A stretch of DNA of 64,000 bases from Bacillota bacterium (GTDB taxonomy: Bacteria > Bacillota > Sulfobacillia > Fermentithermobacillales > Fermentithermobacillaceae), in the NCBI GenBank assembly GCA_050952085.1, contig JBMNKH010000004.1, positions 309,583-373,582 of the forward strand. The letters are read 5' to 3'. Under the pieces are notes generated by a model that searched no databases, was not told where the DNA came from, and saw only the letters and a list, made by a program, of their open reading frames with translations. Below, piece by piece: positions 11,228-22,341 of this stretch. The first letter of the stretch is position 1. Every line of letters starts with the position of its first letter. The translations under genes and the position numbers were made by a program.

Positions 11228-12376
11228 TTAGAATGCTCCCTTAGGGCTCATGGGCATTATCACAAAGGTAGATTTCACAGCACCGCCAGCTGGTTCATCA
11301 TGGACAGGCTCGATAACCATCTGGCTCACCTGGCCTGTCATCCCAAACATGGTGTCTTCTGAATCTATCTTGCTCAGAGCCTGAAGCACATAACGGTGCT
11401 GCACCCAGATTTCAATGTCTTCCCCTTCCACCTGTGCAGGCAGGGCCTCTTCCATTTTGCCTTTCTCAGCAGAACCGGCCCTTATGGTGAGCGTCTGGCT
11501 CTTGTTGTCAAGAATAATCCTCATAGCCCTGTCTTCTTCACTGGCCACAATAGACGCCCTGGAAGCCGCGCCGGCCATAGCTTCCGTCGAAACCTTTGCC
11601 GTGGAAGAGAATGTCTTTGGGATCACCTGTTCGTATGCATAATATTGCCCCTCAATCAGGCGGGTGAAGCACGATATGTTGTTCGATGTGAAGTAAAGGT
11701 ACCCGTCACACAACTCCAAGCTCACTTGTTCCTCATCGTCCTCAGTATCCTTATCCTTGAGGTTCAGCCGCGCCAGGTCCTGCAACACATTGGCAGGCAC
11801 AATCGCCCTGGCTTCCGCGGTTTCCATGGAGGCCTTGGCCCTGGAAAGCGCAAACTGGTCAGTACTTACCATGACCAATTCGCCTCCAAGCAGATCGATC
11901 AGGCATGCCCCCCACAAAGGCCGTGCTGGGTTCGAAACGGCACAGGTTGCACCTATCCTGACCAGCTCCCGGAAAGTGCTGGCTGCCAAAGATATCTTGT
12001 GTCCGCCTGCAGGTTCTGGCCACTTGGGGAAATCATCTGCGGGTACAGCGTTGAGTACCATTTGCGAGCTCCCGGCCTTGACTATGAGGGCCCAAGCTGA
12101 TTCATCAAGGGAAAGGGTGACTTCCCCTGGAGGCAACGTCCTGACTACGTCTGATAGGATCTTGGCCGACACAACCAGCGACCCTGACGAAGAGACCTTT
12201 GCAGGCAAAGATGCTCTTACGCCCCAATCCAGATTGGTACCTGAAAGAACAACCCTGTCTGAAAGCGCTTCTATGAGACACCCCTGGATAGCCGGTAAAG
12301 TGCTCCGTGCAGGTATAGGACGGGATGCTGTTTGTACTAGCCAGGCAAGATCGTGTGTTGGTATTGACAGGTACAT
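11228..12376 (-). CDS. dnaN: DNA polymerase III beta sliding clamp
   Basis: 382 aa with STLPAI, VSTD, TRLIEGQY, VIMPM motifs; follows dnaA. Confidence 0.92.
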   Translation of the reverse strand: MYLSIPTHDLAWLVQTASRPIPARSTLPAIQGCLIEALSDRVVLSGTNLDWGVRASLPAKVSSSGSLVVSAKILSDVVRTLPPGEVTLSLDESAWALIVKAGSSQMVLNAVPADDFPKWPEPAGGHKISLAASTFRELVRIGATCAVSNPARPLWGACLIDLLGGELVMVSTDQFALSRAKASMETAEARAIVPANVLQDLARLNLKDKDTEDDEEQVSLELCDGYLYFTSNNISCFTRLIEGQYYAYEQVIPKTFSSTAKVSTEAMAGAASRASIVASEEDRAMRIILDNKSQTLTIRAGSAEKGKMEEALPAQVEGEDIEIWVQHRYVLQALSKIDSEDTMFGMTGQVSQMVIEPVHDEPAGGAVKSTFVIMPMSPKGAF

Positions 12377-12653
12377 ATGATACGCCTCCCTGTATTGATC
12401 TGTGAGATCACGTTCATTCCTTATCTATATCGGTTGTGTATATTCTAAAAGCAGTAGGAGTAGTAGTTTGTGTGAATTTGTGTAAAACACCCTCCTATTC
12501 CACAGCAAACGCCATTTTTTCGTGTGGAAACTGCTGTGGAGAAAAAGTGGATGATTGTGCATAACTTGTGCATACGGCTAAACCGTCATGGTTATCCACA
12601 ATTCCTCAACAAGCAATCCAAACCTCATCCACAGAATTCTTCACAACCGCAAG
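12377..12653. other. oriC (dnaA-dnaN intergenic) with DnaA boxes and DnaA-trios
   Basis: Perfect TTATCCACA at 12592-12600; one-mismatch boxes at 12535, 12556, 12625; trio run AAG-CAG-TAG-GAG-TAG-TAG 12449-12466 next to overlapping degenerate boxes TGTGAATTT/TGTGTAAAA 12471-12487. Confidence 0.9.
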
Positions 12654-14045
12654 CTAACCCTTTTTGACGCGCTCAATCAGTTCCTCGATGGCGTGATTCA
12701 GATCGGAATTAGTCTTCCTCTCCTCCTCAATTTTGGAACATGCGTGAAGCACTGTGGTATGGTCCCTGCCACCAAAACTCTGGCCTATCTGGGGCAAGGA
12801 AGCGTCTGTCAAAGTCCGGCACAGGTACATTGCTACCTGCCTAGGGAACGCGATGTTTCGCGTACGCCGCTTAGCAGACAGGGCGGCAACGGGAATGTTA
12901 TAATAGTCGGCAACCGTCTTCTGGATGGATTCAGTGGTAACGGGAACCACTCTTCGTTCGGGTAGCAGGTCTTTGAGCACCTCTTGGGTGACGTCAAGGG
13001 TGACATCGTACTTGTGCAGCGCCGTATACGCAAGCACCCTGATTAACGCGCCCTCAAGTTCCCTGATGTTGCTTGGAATCCTTTCGGCGATGTATTGACA
13101 CACTGAAAGAGGAACCATCCTGCCCTCAAGTTCGGCTTTCTTCCGCAAAATCGCAATCCGTGTCTCTATGTCAGGCGGCTGGATATCAGCTATGAGCCCC
13201 CATTCAAACCTTGTCCTCAGCCTTTCTTCAAGGGTGGAAATCTCCTTGGGAGGCCTGTCCGATGAAATCACAATCTGTTTTGAGGCCTGGTGCAGGGCGT
13301 CAAAAGTGTGGAAAAACTCTTCCTGGGTTGCATCTTTACCTGCGACAAACTGGATGTCGTCTACAAGCAACACGTCTGCGCTCCGGTAACGGTTCCTGAA
13401 TTCCTGGGTGTTGCCTTCCTGGATCGCCAGGATGAGCTCGTTGGTAAATGTCTCAGAAGATACATAAGACACCTTAAGGCGTTGGTGGTTGGCAAATACA
13501 TGATGGGCAATAGCTTGCATCAGATGGGTCTTCCCCAGGCCTACACCCCCGTACAGGAAAAGGGGGTTGTACGCTTTCGATGGGCTCTCAGCTACTGCAA
13601 GGCAAGCAGCATGGGCAAACCTGTTGGAAGCGCCGACGATAAAATTATCAAACACGTAGCGCGGGTTCAGATTCCTTAACTGCTGGTACCTGTCGTTGGA
13701 CGGGCGCTTTCTCCTCGGGCTTGCCGCCTGCCCATCCTGGGGAAACAAAGCAGGCGCCTCAGATACGGGTTTTTCAGGCCTGGAAACTGAGAACACAAGC
13801 TCGCACCGGGCGCCGTAAGCTTCTTTCCATGCTTCGGCCAACTCATTTTTGTATCTTGTTTCAATCCACGTCTTGGCAAATTCGCTGGGCACTGCAATAG
13901 TGAGGACGTCATCATCAAGGCTGACCGGCTTTGTATCTTTGAGCCAGTTTTGTATGATTCCAGGGTTTGAGATTCTCATTGATGCTCTGGATAATGTATC
14001 GTTCCAGAGATCTTCAAGCTTTCTGAGCATATCGAAGACCACCAT
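12654..14045 (-). CDS. dnaA: Chromosomal replication initiator DnaA
   Basis: GGVGLGKTHL, LLVDDIQF, RELEGAL, GGRDHTTVLHA; true start may be ATG 14030. Confidence 0.98.
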   Translation of the reverse strand: MVVFDMLRKLEDLWNDTLSRASMRISNPGIIQNWLKDTKPVSLDDDVLTIAVPSEFAKTWIETRYKNELAEAWKEAYGARCELVFSVSRPEKPVSEAPALFPQDGQAASPRRKRPSNDRYQQLRNLNPRYVFDNFIVGASNRFAHAACLAVAESPSKAYNPLFLYGGVGLGKTHLMQAIAHHVFANHQRLKVSYVSSETFTNELILAIQEGNTQEFRNRYRSADVLLVDDIQFVAGKDATQEEFFHTFDALHQASKQIVISSDRPPKEISTLEERLRTRFEWGLIADIQPPDIETRIAILRKKAELEGRMVPLSVCQYIAERIPSNIRELEGALIRVLAYTALHKYDVTLDVTQEVLKDLLPERRVVPVTTESIQKTVADYYNIPVAALSAKRRTRNIAFPRQVAMYLCRTLTDASLPQIGQSFGGRDHTTVLHACSKIEEERKTNSDLNHAIEELIERVKKG

Positions 14046-14250
14046 TCCTAAGAATTATGAAACCCTATAAAAGTACGAGCTGCGCTACATCTTAGAACAT
14101 CCTGCCCGGCGGAGGCAAACAACTTATCTCAACAGGCCTTATTCAGTAGTGAATGAGTTCCACCCTAGCAAGATGGTGTTTCCTGTTGATGAAAATCCTG
14201 AGAATAGAGAAAAGCCTATGCTCACAATGTGCGTATAATAAGCTCACAGG

Positions 14251-14282
14251 TTATGCACAAGGTTATCCACAGGTGTGGATAA
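14251..14282. promoter_or_regulatory. DnaA-box cluster upstream of dnaA
   Basis: TTATGCACA 14251-59, TTATCCACA 14263-71, TGTGGATAA 14274-82. Confidence 0.85.
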
Positions 14283-14430
14283 TGTTAGCCTAGAATAACC
14301 ACATCATGCCTCTCTAATGAATATATCAAGGCATGGGGGACGTGGCAATGAAAAACCTGGTGCGCTGCTGCGGGGAAGCACGGCCGGTGCAAAGCCCGGT
14401 TCAGCAAACTACCAGCAAGAGATGCGTTTA

Positions 14431-14460
14431 TTGACACTTTAAGCCATGCTAGGATATAAT
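14431..14460 (+). promoter_or_regulatory. SigA promoter of the rpmH operon
   Basis: TTGACA-18 nt-TATAAT. Confidence 0.8.
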
Positions 14461-14518
14461 TCGTTGGATTCAAGGAGGATATTAGTTCCAATAATATCCG
14501 TAGGGGGAACAAACTAAG

Positions 14519-14653
14519 ATGAAACGCACATACCAGCCGAAGCGCAGAAAAAGAAAGAAGACCCACGGTTTTCTGGTAAGGATGAGGAGCAAAGGCGGGC
14601 GTAGGATAATCGCCAGACGCCGGGCCAGAGGAAGGAAACGCCTGAGTGTTTAA
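14519..14653 (+). CDS. rpmH: 50S ribosomal protein L34
   Basis: Manual translation [44 protein letters not shown]. Confidence 0.97.
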   Translation: MKRTYQPKRRKRKKTHGFLVRMRSKGGRRIIARRRARGRKRLSV

Positions 14654-14683
14654 GTCCCGCGAGGACGAAAGTGAGGCTTTTTT

Positions 14684-15010
14684 GTGGTATCAGGAAGGAT
14701 ACCTAGACCATCCTATGGTAGAGTATACGAGGAAGGCCGTTCGGTAGCTAACAAGTACTTGGTGATGTATTACCGGGAGGATCCGCTTCCTGTCAGGCTG
14801 GGGATTGTAACATCCAAGCGGTTGGGCAAAGCATGTGTCCGTAACCGGGTAAAACGCCGGATCAGGGAATGCTTCCGGCATGTTTTGCCTCTCATAAAAG
14901 CGAGAGGTGAATTTGTTTTTATTGCCCGGCGGCGGGCAGCCCTGTGCTCCTATCAAGAGCTGTTGGGCTCAGTCAAACACTTGCTTAAGAGGATGGATTT
15001 GTTGGAATGA
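14684..15010 (+). CDS. rnpA: Ribonuclease P protein component
   Basis: [25 protein letters not shown] (RNR motif). Confidence 0.93.
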   Translation: MVSGRIPRPSYGRVYEEGRSVANKYLVMYYREDPLPVRLGIVTSKRLGKACVRNRVKRRIRECFRHVLPLIKARGEFVFIARRRAALCSYQELLGSVKHLLKRMDLLE

Positions 15011-15264
15011 TATCGAAGGGTTTGCTGTTCTTGATAAAAATCTATCAGAAATACATTTCTCCAGCGAAAGGCCGGGTCTGTAAGTATTACCCCACGTGTT
15101 CAGAATATGCCCGGCAAGCTATCATAGCTCATGGGCCCCTTAAAGGTGTGGTCTTAGCTGTGTGGCGGCTTCTGCGCTGCAACCCGTTTTCCCGCGGTGG
15201 TTATGATCCGGTGCCCAAAGGACGGTTTACGGAGCCAGGGAGGTTTAAGCAATGTCACACATAG
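15007..15264 (+). CDS. yidD: Membrane protein insertion efficiency factor
   Basis: YQKYISP...[11 protein letters not shown]...[14 protein letters not shown]. Confidence 0.93.
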   Translation: MISKGLLFLIKIYQKYISPAKGRVCKYYPTCSEYARQAIIAHGPLKGVVLAVWRLLRCNPFSRGGYDPVPKGRFTEPGRFKQCHT

Positions 15265-15911
15265 TCAACTTAATGCTGGCCGTGATGGATTTTATTTACG
15301 GTGTGGTTGGAAACTGGGGCGTAACAATAATGGGTTTGACAATCCTTGTGCGTCTCGTTGTTTTGCCTTTGACGATTCTGCAAGGGCGTTCGGCCAGCCG
15401 GATGGCGTTAATACAACCGGAACTTGACAAGTTACAGAAAAAGTACGCGGACGATCCTGAAAGGCTGAATCTGGAGATCATGGATTTGTACCGCCGCCAC
15501 AAAGTCAACCCCGCTTCAAGCTGCCTTTTGCCCTTTATACAGCTACCTATACTATGGGCAATGATCCGCGCACTGGAAGCTCATGAACAGATGAAGGGCG
15601 CGTCATTTTTCGGCCTTATCCTGGGAGAACCAGCTATGAAACAGGGTACCGGATACGGCGTGGTTGTGGTCGGCTTTACAGTATTAACTACATACCTTGC
15701 TATGCGGCTGTCACCTGCCATGGCTACAGGCCAGCAGCAAGAGGGCCAGAATGCAATGCTCCTTGGAATGCTTGCATTTATGGCTTACTTTTCAATTAGG
15801 TTCGCTACAGCAGTTTCTGTGTACATCATAACTGCCAACTTATTCGGTTTGGTGGAACGGCTTGCGATACCGCGAGGTGAAACTACCGGGGAGGGAGCTC
15901 GGTCCAAGTGA
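15252..15911 (+). CDS. yidC: YidC/Oxa1 membrane insertase (short form)
   Basis: [40 protein letters not shown]; hydrophobic; conserved context. Confidence 0.9.
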   Translation: MSHIVNLMLAVMDFIYGVVGNWGVTIMGLTILVRLVVLPLTILQGRSASRMALIQPELDKLQKKYADDPERLNLEIMDLYRRHKVNPASSCLLPFIQLPILWAMIRALEAHEQMKGASFFGLILGEPAMKQGTGYGVVVVGFTVLTTYLAMRLSPAMATGQQQEGQNAMLLGMLAFMAYFSIRFATAVSVYIITANLFGLVERLAIPRGETTGEGARSK

Positions 15912-16555
15912 CGAGTATTGAAACAACAGGACGTAGTGTAGAAGAGGCTTTGGAAAGTGCCCTCAGAGAGCTTGGGGTATCAGAAGATGATGTGATTGTT
16001 GAGGTAATTGAGGAGCCCAGCCGTGGATTCCTGGGCATCATCGGAAGCAAAGACGCGAGGATCAGAGTTACCCTGAAAAAGGACAAGGCAGAACTTGCAT
16101 ACGAATTTCTCACAGGGTTACTCCACCGCATGGACCTTCACGGGGTTGTTGAAAGCCGTGGCCAGGGGGATACCCGCTTGCTTACTGTAGACGGTGAGGA
16201 TCTGGGCGTTCTAATCGGCCGCCACGGCCAAACCCTGAAGCACCTGGAGTTTCTTACGAACGTAGTATCCTCGAGAGGCATTGGAAACATCAAAAGGATT
16301 TTTGTGGATGTAGCCGGGTACAGGAAAAGAAAAGAGAAAATCCTCGAAGACCTGGCGAGAAATGCCGCCCGGCGGGTTGAGAGAACCGGGAGAAGCACTA
16401 CCTTGCGGCCTATGGAAGCAAGGGACCGCCGTATTGTCCACCTGGCCTTGCAGAAAAACGGAAGAGTGACTACCCACAGCGAAGGTGATGAACCGTTCAG
16501 GAGGGTGGTTATTTCCCCGCGCAAAAACGCAGGGGCGGTTTCAAGGCAGAGGTAG
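15908..16555 (+). CDS. jag: Jag/KhpB/EloR RNA-binding protein
   Basis: Jag_N (GRSVEEAL), KH (IGRHGQTL), R3H (RRIVH). Confidence 0.92.
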   Translation: MTSIETTGRSVEEALESALRELGVSEDDVIVEVIEEPSRGFLGIIGSKDARIRVTLKKDKAELAYEFLTGLLHRMDLHGVVESRGQGDTRLLTVDGEDLGVLIGRHGQTLKHLEFLTNVVSSRGIGNIKRIFVDVAGYRKRKEKILEDLARNAARRVERTGRSTTLRPMEARDRRIVHLALQKNGRVTTHSEGDEPFRRVVISPRKNAGAVSRQR

Positions 16556-16687
16556 TTATAGGCGGCAAAGCAGGATATCTTGGGGCTCTGTATTGCAGGG
16601 CCCCTTATCTGTTTGGCCTTGCTGTGTGGGGTATAATTTAGGCGTAAAGAGCCGGTTGAGGCGTTGATACTCCGGGGGTGAAAAGCC

Positions 16688-18073
16688 GTGGACGTAAACC
16701 ATGGGTTGATGGACACCATAGCTGCCATTGCTACCCCTGTTGGCACAGGTGGTATTGCAATTGTCAGGCTCAGCGGCCCAGATGCGTTCGCCATTGCAGG
16801 CAGGATGATAAAGCTCAGGAAAGGCACTGCCCTTGAAGAGATGAAGAGTTGGTCCATGGCTTTAGGTGATGTGCTGGAACAAGCAAGCGGCCGGCTAATC
16901 GACGAATGCATAGTGCTGGTCATGAAGGCATGTAGGTCGTACACAGGAGAACACGTGGTGGAGATCCAGTGCCACGGGGGCACGGTGGTTGCTGAGAAGG
17001 TGCTGAGCCTGGCGTTTAAGCTTGGTGCAAGGCCGGCCGGGCCCGGGGAGTTCACCAAGCGAGCTTTCATCAACGGCAGGATAACCCTTGATGAAGCAGA
17101 AGCGGTGCTGGACATTGTGACATCTTCGTCGGAAGCTGCCCTGTTCCAGGCGGGCAGGCGGCTTAAAGGCGAGCTTGGAGCCATGGTAAGCCGGTGGGAA
17201 GGGCAGATAGTTGACTTGCTGGCTCTGCTTCAAGGCGCCATTGATTTCCCGGAAACAATAGAAGCGGAGAGGTCTGAGATCCAGGGCATGCTTGAGGGCT
17301 TGAAGAACGATATAACTGCCGTACTCGAAAGGGCGCCGTTAGGGCTTGCGCTTTCACAAGGGGTGGAAGTGTGTCTTGTGGGCAGGCCCAATGTGGGCAA
17401 ATCATCCCTGTTTAACGCGCTATTATCCAGGGACAGGGCAATAGTGACAGATGTCCCCGGCACCACACGGGACGTACTCAGGGAAACCACAGAATGGTAC
17501 GGGCTGCCTGTGGTGTTGCTTGACACTGCTGGCCTTAGGGAAACCGGCGAAGTGGTGGAGGCACTTGGGGTTGAGCGGGCCCAAACTGCTGCAACAGAGT
17601 CAAATGTGATACTTTACGTGCTCGATGACACCCAGGGGATTTGCGCCGAAGACGTGAAATGGCTGGACAAGTGGCAAGGGAGAAATTGCCTGGCGGTGGT
17701 TACCAAGACAGACTTAAATAAGAGCCAGGTAGACATAGAGCAGTTAGAGCAGATTTGCGGCGACAGCTGGGTATACGTGTCAGGAGCTACCCGGTTTGGG
17801 GTAGAGGACCTGAAAAAGAAGGTCCAGTCTATGTTTGCTGGCGTGGGCGACCCTGAAGCCCTGGCGCCTGGCTCAGCCAGGCAGGTTGATTGCCTTGAGC
17901 GGGCACTTGATGAAATCGAGGCAGCTATCGAGTACCTGAACCAGGGATGGACAGACGATGTGATAGCATTAGCTCTTGAGGCTGCAGCAGGGGCGCTGAT
18001 GGAGCTTACCGGCAAGCAAGTGAGCGGCGAAACCCTGGACAGGATATTTTCGCGTTTCTGTGTAGGCAAGTAA
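16688..18073 (+). CDS. mnmE: tRNA modification GTPase MnmE
   Basis: [35 protein letters not shown]-terminal FCVGK. Confidence 0.97.
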   Translation: MDVNHGLMDTIAAIATPVGTGGIAIVRLSGPDAFAIAGRMIKLRKGTALEEMKSWSMALGDVLEQASGRLIDECIVLVMKACRSYTGEHVVEIQCHGGTVVAEKVLSLAFKLGARPAGPGEFTKRAFINGRITLDEAEAVLDIVTSSSEAALFQAGRRLKGELGAMVSRWEGQIVDLLALLQGAIDFPETIEAERSEIQGMLEGLKNDITAVLERAPLGLALSQGVEVCLVGRPNVGKSSLFNALLSRDRAIVTDVPGTTRDVLRETTEWYGLPVVLLDTAGLRETGEVVEALGVERAQTAATESNVILYVLDDTQGICAEDVKWLDKWQGRNCLAVVTKTDLNKSQVDIEQLEQICGDSWVYVSGATRFGVEDLKKKVQSMFAGVGDPEALAPGSARQVDCLERALDEIEAAIEYLNQGWTDDVIALALEAAAGALMELTGKQVSGETLDRIFSRFCVGK

Positions 18074-18095
18074 GTATGCCGGTCAACATGGATTC

Positions 18096-19955
18096 TTGTC
18101 TTTGAAGGGGGCTAACTCCAGTTTGGCAGGAAACGCCTTTGATTTCGATGTGCTGGTTGTAGGCAGCGGGCATGCAGGATGTGAAGCTGCGTTTGCCGCT
18201 GCAAGGTTGGGCATGAAAACGGCCATGGTCACAATGGATGCGCGCAATATCGCAGGCATGCCCTGCAACCCTTCTATAGGCGGGCCTGGGAAAGCGCAGA
18301 TAGTGGCTGAAATCGATGCCCTGGGCGGCGAGATCGCGCTTGCCACTGACAAGACGGCAATTGAGATGAGGCTTCTTAACGCATCAAAGGGGCCTGCGGT
18401 GCAATCGTTGAGAGCACAGGTGGACAAACACGCCTATTCAGCTTACATGCGCAACAAGATCAACGAGCTAGGGATTACGCTGGTAGAAGGCATGGTTACA
18501 GAAGTGATGGTGCGCCACGGGCGGGCTTATGGTGTGGCCCTCGGAGACGGCAGCGTGATCCGCTCCAGGACGGTGGTGCTTTGCACCGGGGTTTACCTTG
18601 AGAGTAGGATTTTCATAGGGTCTGAGGTAATCGAATCAGGGCCTATAGGAGAACCCAGCGCCAAGGGCCTTTCGGCATGCCTGGCGGATCTCGGGTTTCA
18701 ACTGGGGAGGTTTAAGACAGGCACGTCCCCGCGGATCCTGAAAAGCAGCATCGACTGGGACAGGCTTGTACGAGAAAAGGGAGTCGACAAGCCGGTTGCG
18801 CTCTCGTTCATGTCCGTTCCCAAACTGTGGGATAAGGACGTGTGCTATTCGACTTACACCAACGAACGTACCCATGAAGTCATAAGGGAGAATATTGACC
18901 GGGCGCCGCTTTTTGACGGCACCATAAAAGGCGTGGGTCCCAGATACTGCCCTTCGATTGAAGATAAAGTGATGAGGTTCCCTGACAGGAAGCGTCACCA
19001 GCTATACTTTGAAATTGAGTCTGAAGAAAGCGACGATGTGTACATCCTGGGGCTTTCAACCAGCCTGCCTGAAGACGTCCAGTACCAGATGCTTTACACT
19101 ATCCCGGGGCTTTCCAGGGCGAAGATCACCAGGCCCGGATATGCCATTGAATATGATTACATGGTTCCGTCTCAGATCAGCACCACTTTTGAAGTACAAG
19201 GGCTTGAAGGGCTCTTTACTGCAGGCCAGATCAACGGCACGTCAGGCTATGAGGAAGCGGCTGCCCAAGGGCTACTAGCAGGAGTTAACGCGGTCATGAA
19301 GCTGAAAGAAGAGGAGCCCCTGATCCTGGGCAGGAAAGAAGCATATATCGGCGTGCTGCTGGACGACCTGGTGAGCACCGTGATTGAAGAGCCTTACAGG
19401 ATGCTCACGTCAAGGGCAGAGCACAGGCTGTTCTTGAGGCATTCAAACGCAGATATGAGGCTGACTCCTGCAGGCAGAAGGGTTGGACTGGTTTCAGATG
19501 AGAGGTGGCAGGCATTTTGCCGCAAGGCTGAACTCATGGACAAAGGCAGGACTTTGCTGGAACATACAGTATCAGGCAAGGCGGTAAAGGATTTGCTAAG
19601 GAGCCCTGACAAACGTATAGAGGATTTCTTTGATGCAGTTCCAGAACTAGGCATCTTACCTGATGAAGTCCTGTCTGAGATCGAGATTGAAGCTAAGTAT
19701 GCAGGATTTATAGAAAGGCAGGACAGGGAGGCCAGGCGGCTCAGGCGCCACCTTGACAAGAAACTGCCTGAAGGAGTGGACTGGCGCCGGGTCAGGAGTT
19801 TGTCCCGTGAGACCATTGACAAACTGGTAAGATACCGCCCCCGGACCATAGGTAAAGCCCTGTCTGTGGGGGTTTCCCCTTCTGATGCCCTGGTGATACT
19901 GGCCATGCTCAGGGGAGGCAAACTAGGGCGGGGACCTGCAGGCAGGAAGGCGTGA
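18096..19955 (+). CDS. mnmG: tRNA uridine-5-carboxymethylaminomethyl modification enzyme MnmG
   Basis: [52 protein letters not shown]. Confidence 0.97.
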   Translation: MSLKGANSSLAGNAFDFDVLVVGSGHAGCEAAFAAARLGMKTAMVTMDARNIAGMPCNPSIGGPGKAQIVAEIDALGGEIALATDKTAIEMRLLNASKGPAVQSLRAQVDKHAYSAYMRNKINELGITLVEGMVTEVMVRHGRAYGVALGDGSVIRSRTVVLCTGVYLESRIFIGSEVIESGPIGEPSAKGLSACLADLGFQLGRFKTGTSPRILKSSIDWDRLVREKGVDKPVALSFMSVPKLWDKDVCYSTYTNERTHEVIRENIDRAPLFDGTIKGVGPRYCPSIEDKVMRFPDRKRHQLYFEIESEESDDVYILGLSTSLPEDVQYQMLYTIPGLSRAKITRPGYAIEYDYMVPSQISTTFEVQGLEGLFTAGQINGTSGYEEAAAQGLLAGVNAVMKLKEEEPLILGRKEAYIGVLLDDLVSTVIEEPYRMLTSRAEHRLFLRHSNADMRLTPAGRRVGLVSDERWQAFCRKAELMDKGRTLLEHTVSGKAVKDLLRSPDKRIEDFFDAVPELGILPDEVLSEIEIEAKYAGFIERQDREARRLRRHLDKKLPEGVDWRRVRSLSRETIDKLVRYRPRTIGKALSVGVSPSDALVILAMLRGGKLGRGPAGRKA

Positions 19956-20713
19956 GGAGGTTAACAGTGGGTCAGAACAAGTTTCACCCAGAGGCATATG
20001 TCGCCGAAGCGCTTGGTACATTTGACAAAGCCATCCGTGCCATGGGGATACAAGTGCCTGAAGCTGGCCGCCTCCTGGTTGAGGGATGGCTAGAGTTTTT
20101 CGTCACCTGGAAAGGAAGGCGAGTTGCAGGGTTTGATGACCCTTGCGAGTTGGCTGTGAAACTCCTTGCCGATTCGTTTGCGATTGGCCTGGTCGAGGAC
20201 GTGTGCCGTGGGGGTACTGCGGTTGATCTCGGCAGCGGCAACGGCTGGCCCGGGCTTGTGTTGAGCGCCATGAGAAGGTGCCCGCAGGTAAGCTTGCTTG
20301 ACTCAAGGGAAGGTGCGTGCGACTTCCTCAGGGGTTTTGTGCGCAGCAGCGGAATTCCTGGGGTTGATGTGGTGCAGGTCAGGGCTGAAGAAGCCGGCCG
20401 TGATAAGCTATTCAGGGAAAAATACTCCCTTGCTGTGTCCAGGGCAATGGCCATGCCCGGGATTGTACTGGAACTGTGTTCAGGTTTGGTCTCAGTTGGC
20501 GGAAAAGCTGCGCTCTGGATCGGGCCCGGGCAAGAAATACCCCAAGCAGGGCCTGGTTTAGCCCTCACAGGCATGGAACTGGAAACTGAGATAGGATACA
20601 CCTTGCCTTGGGGCATGGGAGACAGGGTCCTGGCAGTGTACAAGAAAGTCAAGGGTTTGGGGGACGGCTATCCCAGGAGGTATGCCGCAATAAGAAAAAA
20701 GCCCCTGGTATGA
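19952..20713 (+). CDS. rsmG: 16S rRNA m7G527 methyltransferase
   Basis: [13 protein letters not shown] motif, RAEE, VSRA; position after mnmG. Confidence 0.85.
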   Translation: MRRLTVGQNKFHPEAYVAEALGTFDKAIRAMGIQVPEAGRLLVEGWLEFFVTWKGRRVAGFDDPCELAVKLLADSFAIGLVEDVCRGGTAVDLGSGNGWPGLVLSAMRRCPQVSLLDSREGACDFLRGFVRSSGIPGVDVVQVRAEEAGRDKLFREKYSLAVSRAMAMPGIVLELCSGLVSVGGKAALWIGPGQEIPQAGPGLALTGMELETEIGYTLPWGMGDRVLAVYKKVKGLGDGYPRRYAAIRKKPLV

Positions 20714-20722
20714 CAAAAATAG

Positions 20723-20750
20723 GCAGGGAATAACTGGGAATCAGTCGAAC
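20723..20750 (+). promoter_or_regulatory. Putative SigH promoter of noc-like/parAB genes
   Basis: GCAGGGAAT-12 nt-GTCGAAC, near the SigH consensus RNAGGAWWW-N11/12-RNNGAAT. Confidence 0.4.
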
Positions 20751-20773
20751 AGTCACCGTGGAGGTGGTTTTTT

Positions 20774-21571
20774 ATGTCTACGGTGGCTGCCGGCAAGTTC
20801 GAGAGCATAGAAGTACCTATCAGCGCTATAGATTTGAGGGAAGGGTCGTTCCTACCAGGGGGCGAAGAGGCAGTATCCCGTGCTGTGCTGGTTTCTCTTA
20901 TAAAAGGAACCGGCCAACCTGTGTTGGTAAGGCCGTTAGGAAACAGGTACGAACTGGTGGCAGGCGATCTGGAATACTGGGTTGCCAGGGCTAGGGGTGA
21001 GGAGGTCATCACCTGCTGGGTCCAAGAAATGGACGACGTCACCGCGCTGCTAACCCGGATAGCTGAAGGTGCCAGGCGGAAAGACATTAACCCTGTGGAA
21101 GAAGCCAAACTCATATCTCGACTTGTCCACGACTACGGGATGAGCCATCAGGAAATCGCCATCAGGTGCGGCAGGAGGCAGTGCACTATTTCCAACAAGC
21201 TAAGGTTGCTCAGACTACCAGATAAGATCCTCGACGCCCTTAAATCCGGCCAGATCGGCGAAAGGCAAGCCAGAGCTTTATTGACTGTTCCCGGAGAGAG
21301 CAAACAGCTAGAACTGTTTCGCAGGTGTGTTAGAATGAAACTGACCGCAGGGCAAATGGAAGAACTATGCAAGCTGTCTTCGGGTAAAGCAACTTTGAGG
21401 GGGATGTTGCCCCCGCGGAAACACAAGTTGGTTTTCAAAGATCCCAGGATATTTCAGAACACTCTGCGGAGAATCGTAGCTGAAATGAAAAAGGCAGGAC
21501 TTGATGTTGTATACAGAGAAGAAGTGAAGGAAAAATCGTGGGAGTTTAGGGTGTTGTGTCGAAAGTCGTAG
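20774..21571 (+). CDS. noc: Noc-like ParB-family protein with degenerate CTP-binding motif
   Basis: Noc position; HTH HQEIAIRCGRRQCTISNKLRLL, ERQARAL, C-terminal KDPRIFQNTL; GERR motif replaced by GDLE. Confidence 0.75.
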   Translation: MSTVAAGKFESIEVPISAIDLREGSFLPGGEEAVSRAVLVSLIKGTGQPVLVRPLGNRYELVAGDLEYWVARARGEEVITCWVQEMDDVTALLTRIAEGARRKDINPVEEAKLISRLVHDYGMSHQEIAIRCGRRQCTISNKLRLLRLPDKILDALKSGQIGERQARALLTVPGESKQLELFRRCVRMKLTAGQMEELCKLSSGKATLRGMLPPRKHKLVFKDPRIFQNTLRRIVAEMKKAGLDVVYREEVKEKSWEFRVLCRKS

Positions 21572-22341
21572 CTATTGCTAACCAAAAAGGCGGAGTAGGT
21601 AAAACCACCACAGCTATTAACCTTGGAGCTTGTCTGGGTGAACTTGGCCGGACCATATTGATCGTAGACGCGGATCCGCAGGGGAATGCCACAAGCGGCC
21701 TTGGCATTGACAGGAGCAAGCTTGACTATTCTTTGTACGATTGCCTTGTCCGGGATGTGGAACCCATAGAAGCTCTCAGGGCTACAGAATACCCTGGATT
21801 GTGGCTGTTGCCTTCTTCGCTGGACCTGGCCGGGGCTGAAATCGAACTGGTCGGGATGGAGCAGAGGGAACATAGGTTGAAGAGAGTGGTCGGTAAGATA
21901 AGGGACAATTATGACTATGTGTTCATCGACTGCCCGCCGTCCCTTGGTTTGCTCACAGTCAACGCGTTGGCAGCTGCCGATTCGGTGTTGATTCCTATCC
22001 AATGCGAATACTACGCCCTGGAAGGACTGACCCAGCTCCTAAGTACTATCAAGCTGATAAGGAACAGGCTTAACTCAAGCTTGGAGCTGGAAGGCGTGCT
22101 GCTCACCATGTTCGACGGCCGCACAAACCTGGCTCTACAGGTAGCTGAAGAAGTTAAGCGGTATTTCCGCGATCAGGTGTTTTCAACCATAATCCCCAGG
22201 AACGTCAGGTTGTCTGAAGCACCGTCCCACGGTAAACCCATTACGATTTACGATAAGAGATCAAGGGGAGCAGAAGTGTACCGGGAACTTGCAGAGGAGG
22301 TGTTGCGCCGTGGCCAGGAGAGGTCTTGGAAGGGGCATTGA
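21556..22341 (+). CDS. parA: Chromosome partitioning ATPase ParA/Soj
   Basis: ANQKGGVGKTT, DADPQGNAT, DCPPSLG, IPRNVRLSEAPSHG. Confidence 0.97.
   Translation: MSKVVAIANQKGGVGKTTTAINLGACLGELGRTILIVDADPQGNATSGLGIDRSKLDYSLYDCLVRDVEPIEALRATEYPGLWLLPSSLDLAGAEIELVGMEQREHRLKRVVGKIRDNYDYVFIDCPPSLGLLTVNALAAADSVLIPIQCEYYALEGLTQLLSTIKLIRNRLNSSLELEGVLLTMFDGRTNLALQVAEEVKRYFRDQVFSTIIPRNVRLSEAPSHGKPITIYDKRSRGAEVYRELAEEVLRRGQERSWKGH

Noticed and set aside
16138-17184. Long antisense ORFs (e.g. 16138..17184, 7582..8343, 25989..26972, 61889..62668, 63023..63541)
   Set aside because: They lie opposite well-supported genes, are Ser/Ala/Pro-rich without motifs, and are typical shadow ORFs of GC-rich coding DNA.
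21557-21563. Spo0A box TGTCGAA
   Set aside because: Falls on the parA start codons (GTG TCG AAA); a single 7-mer is not significant.
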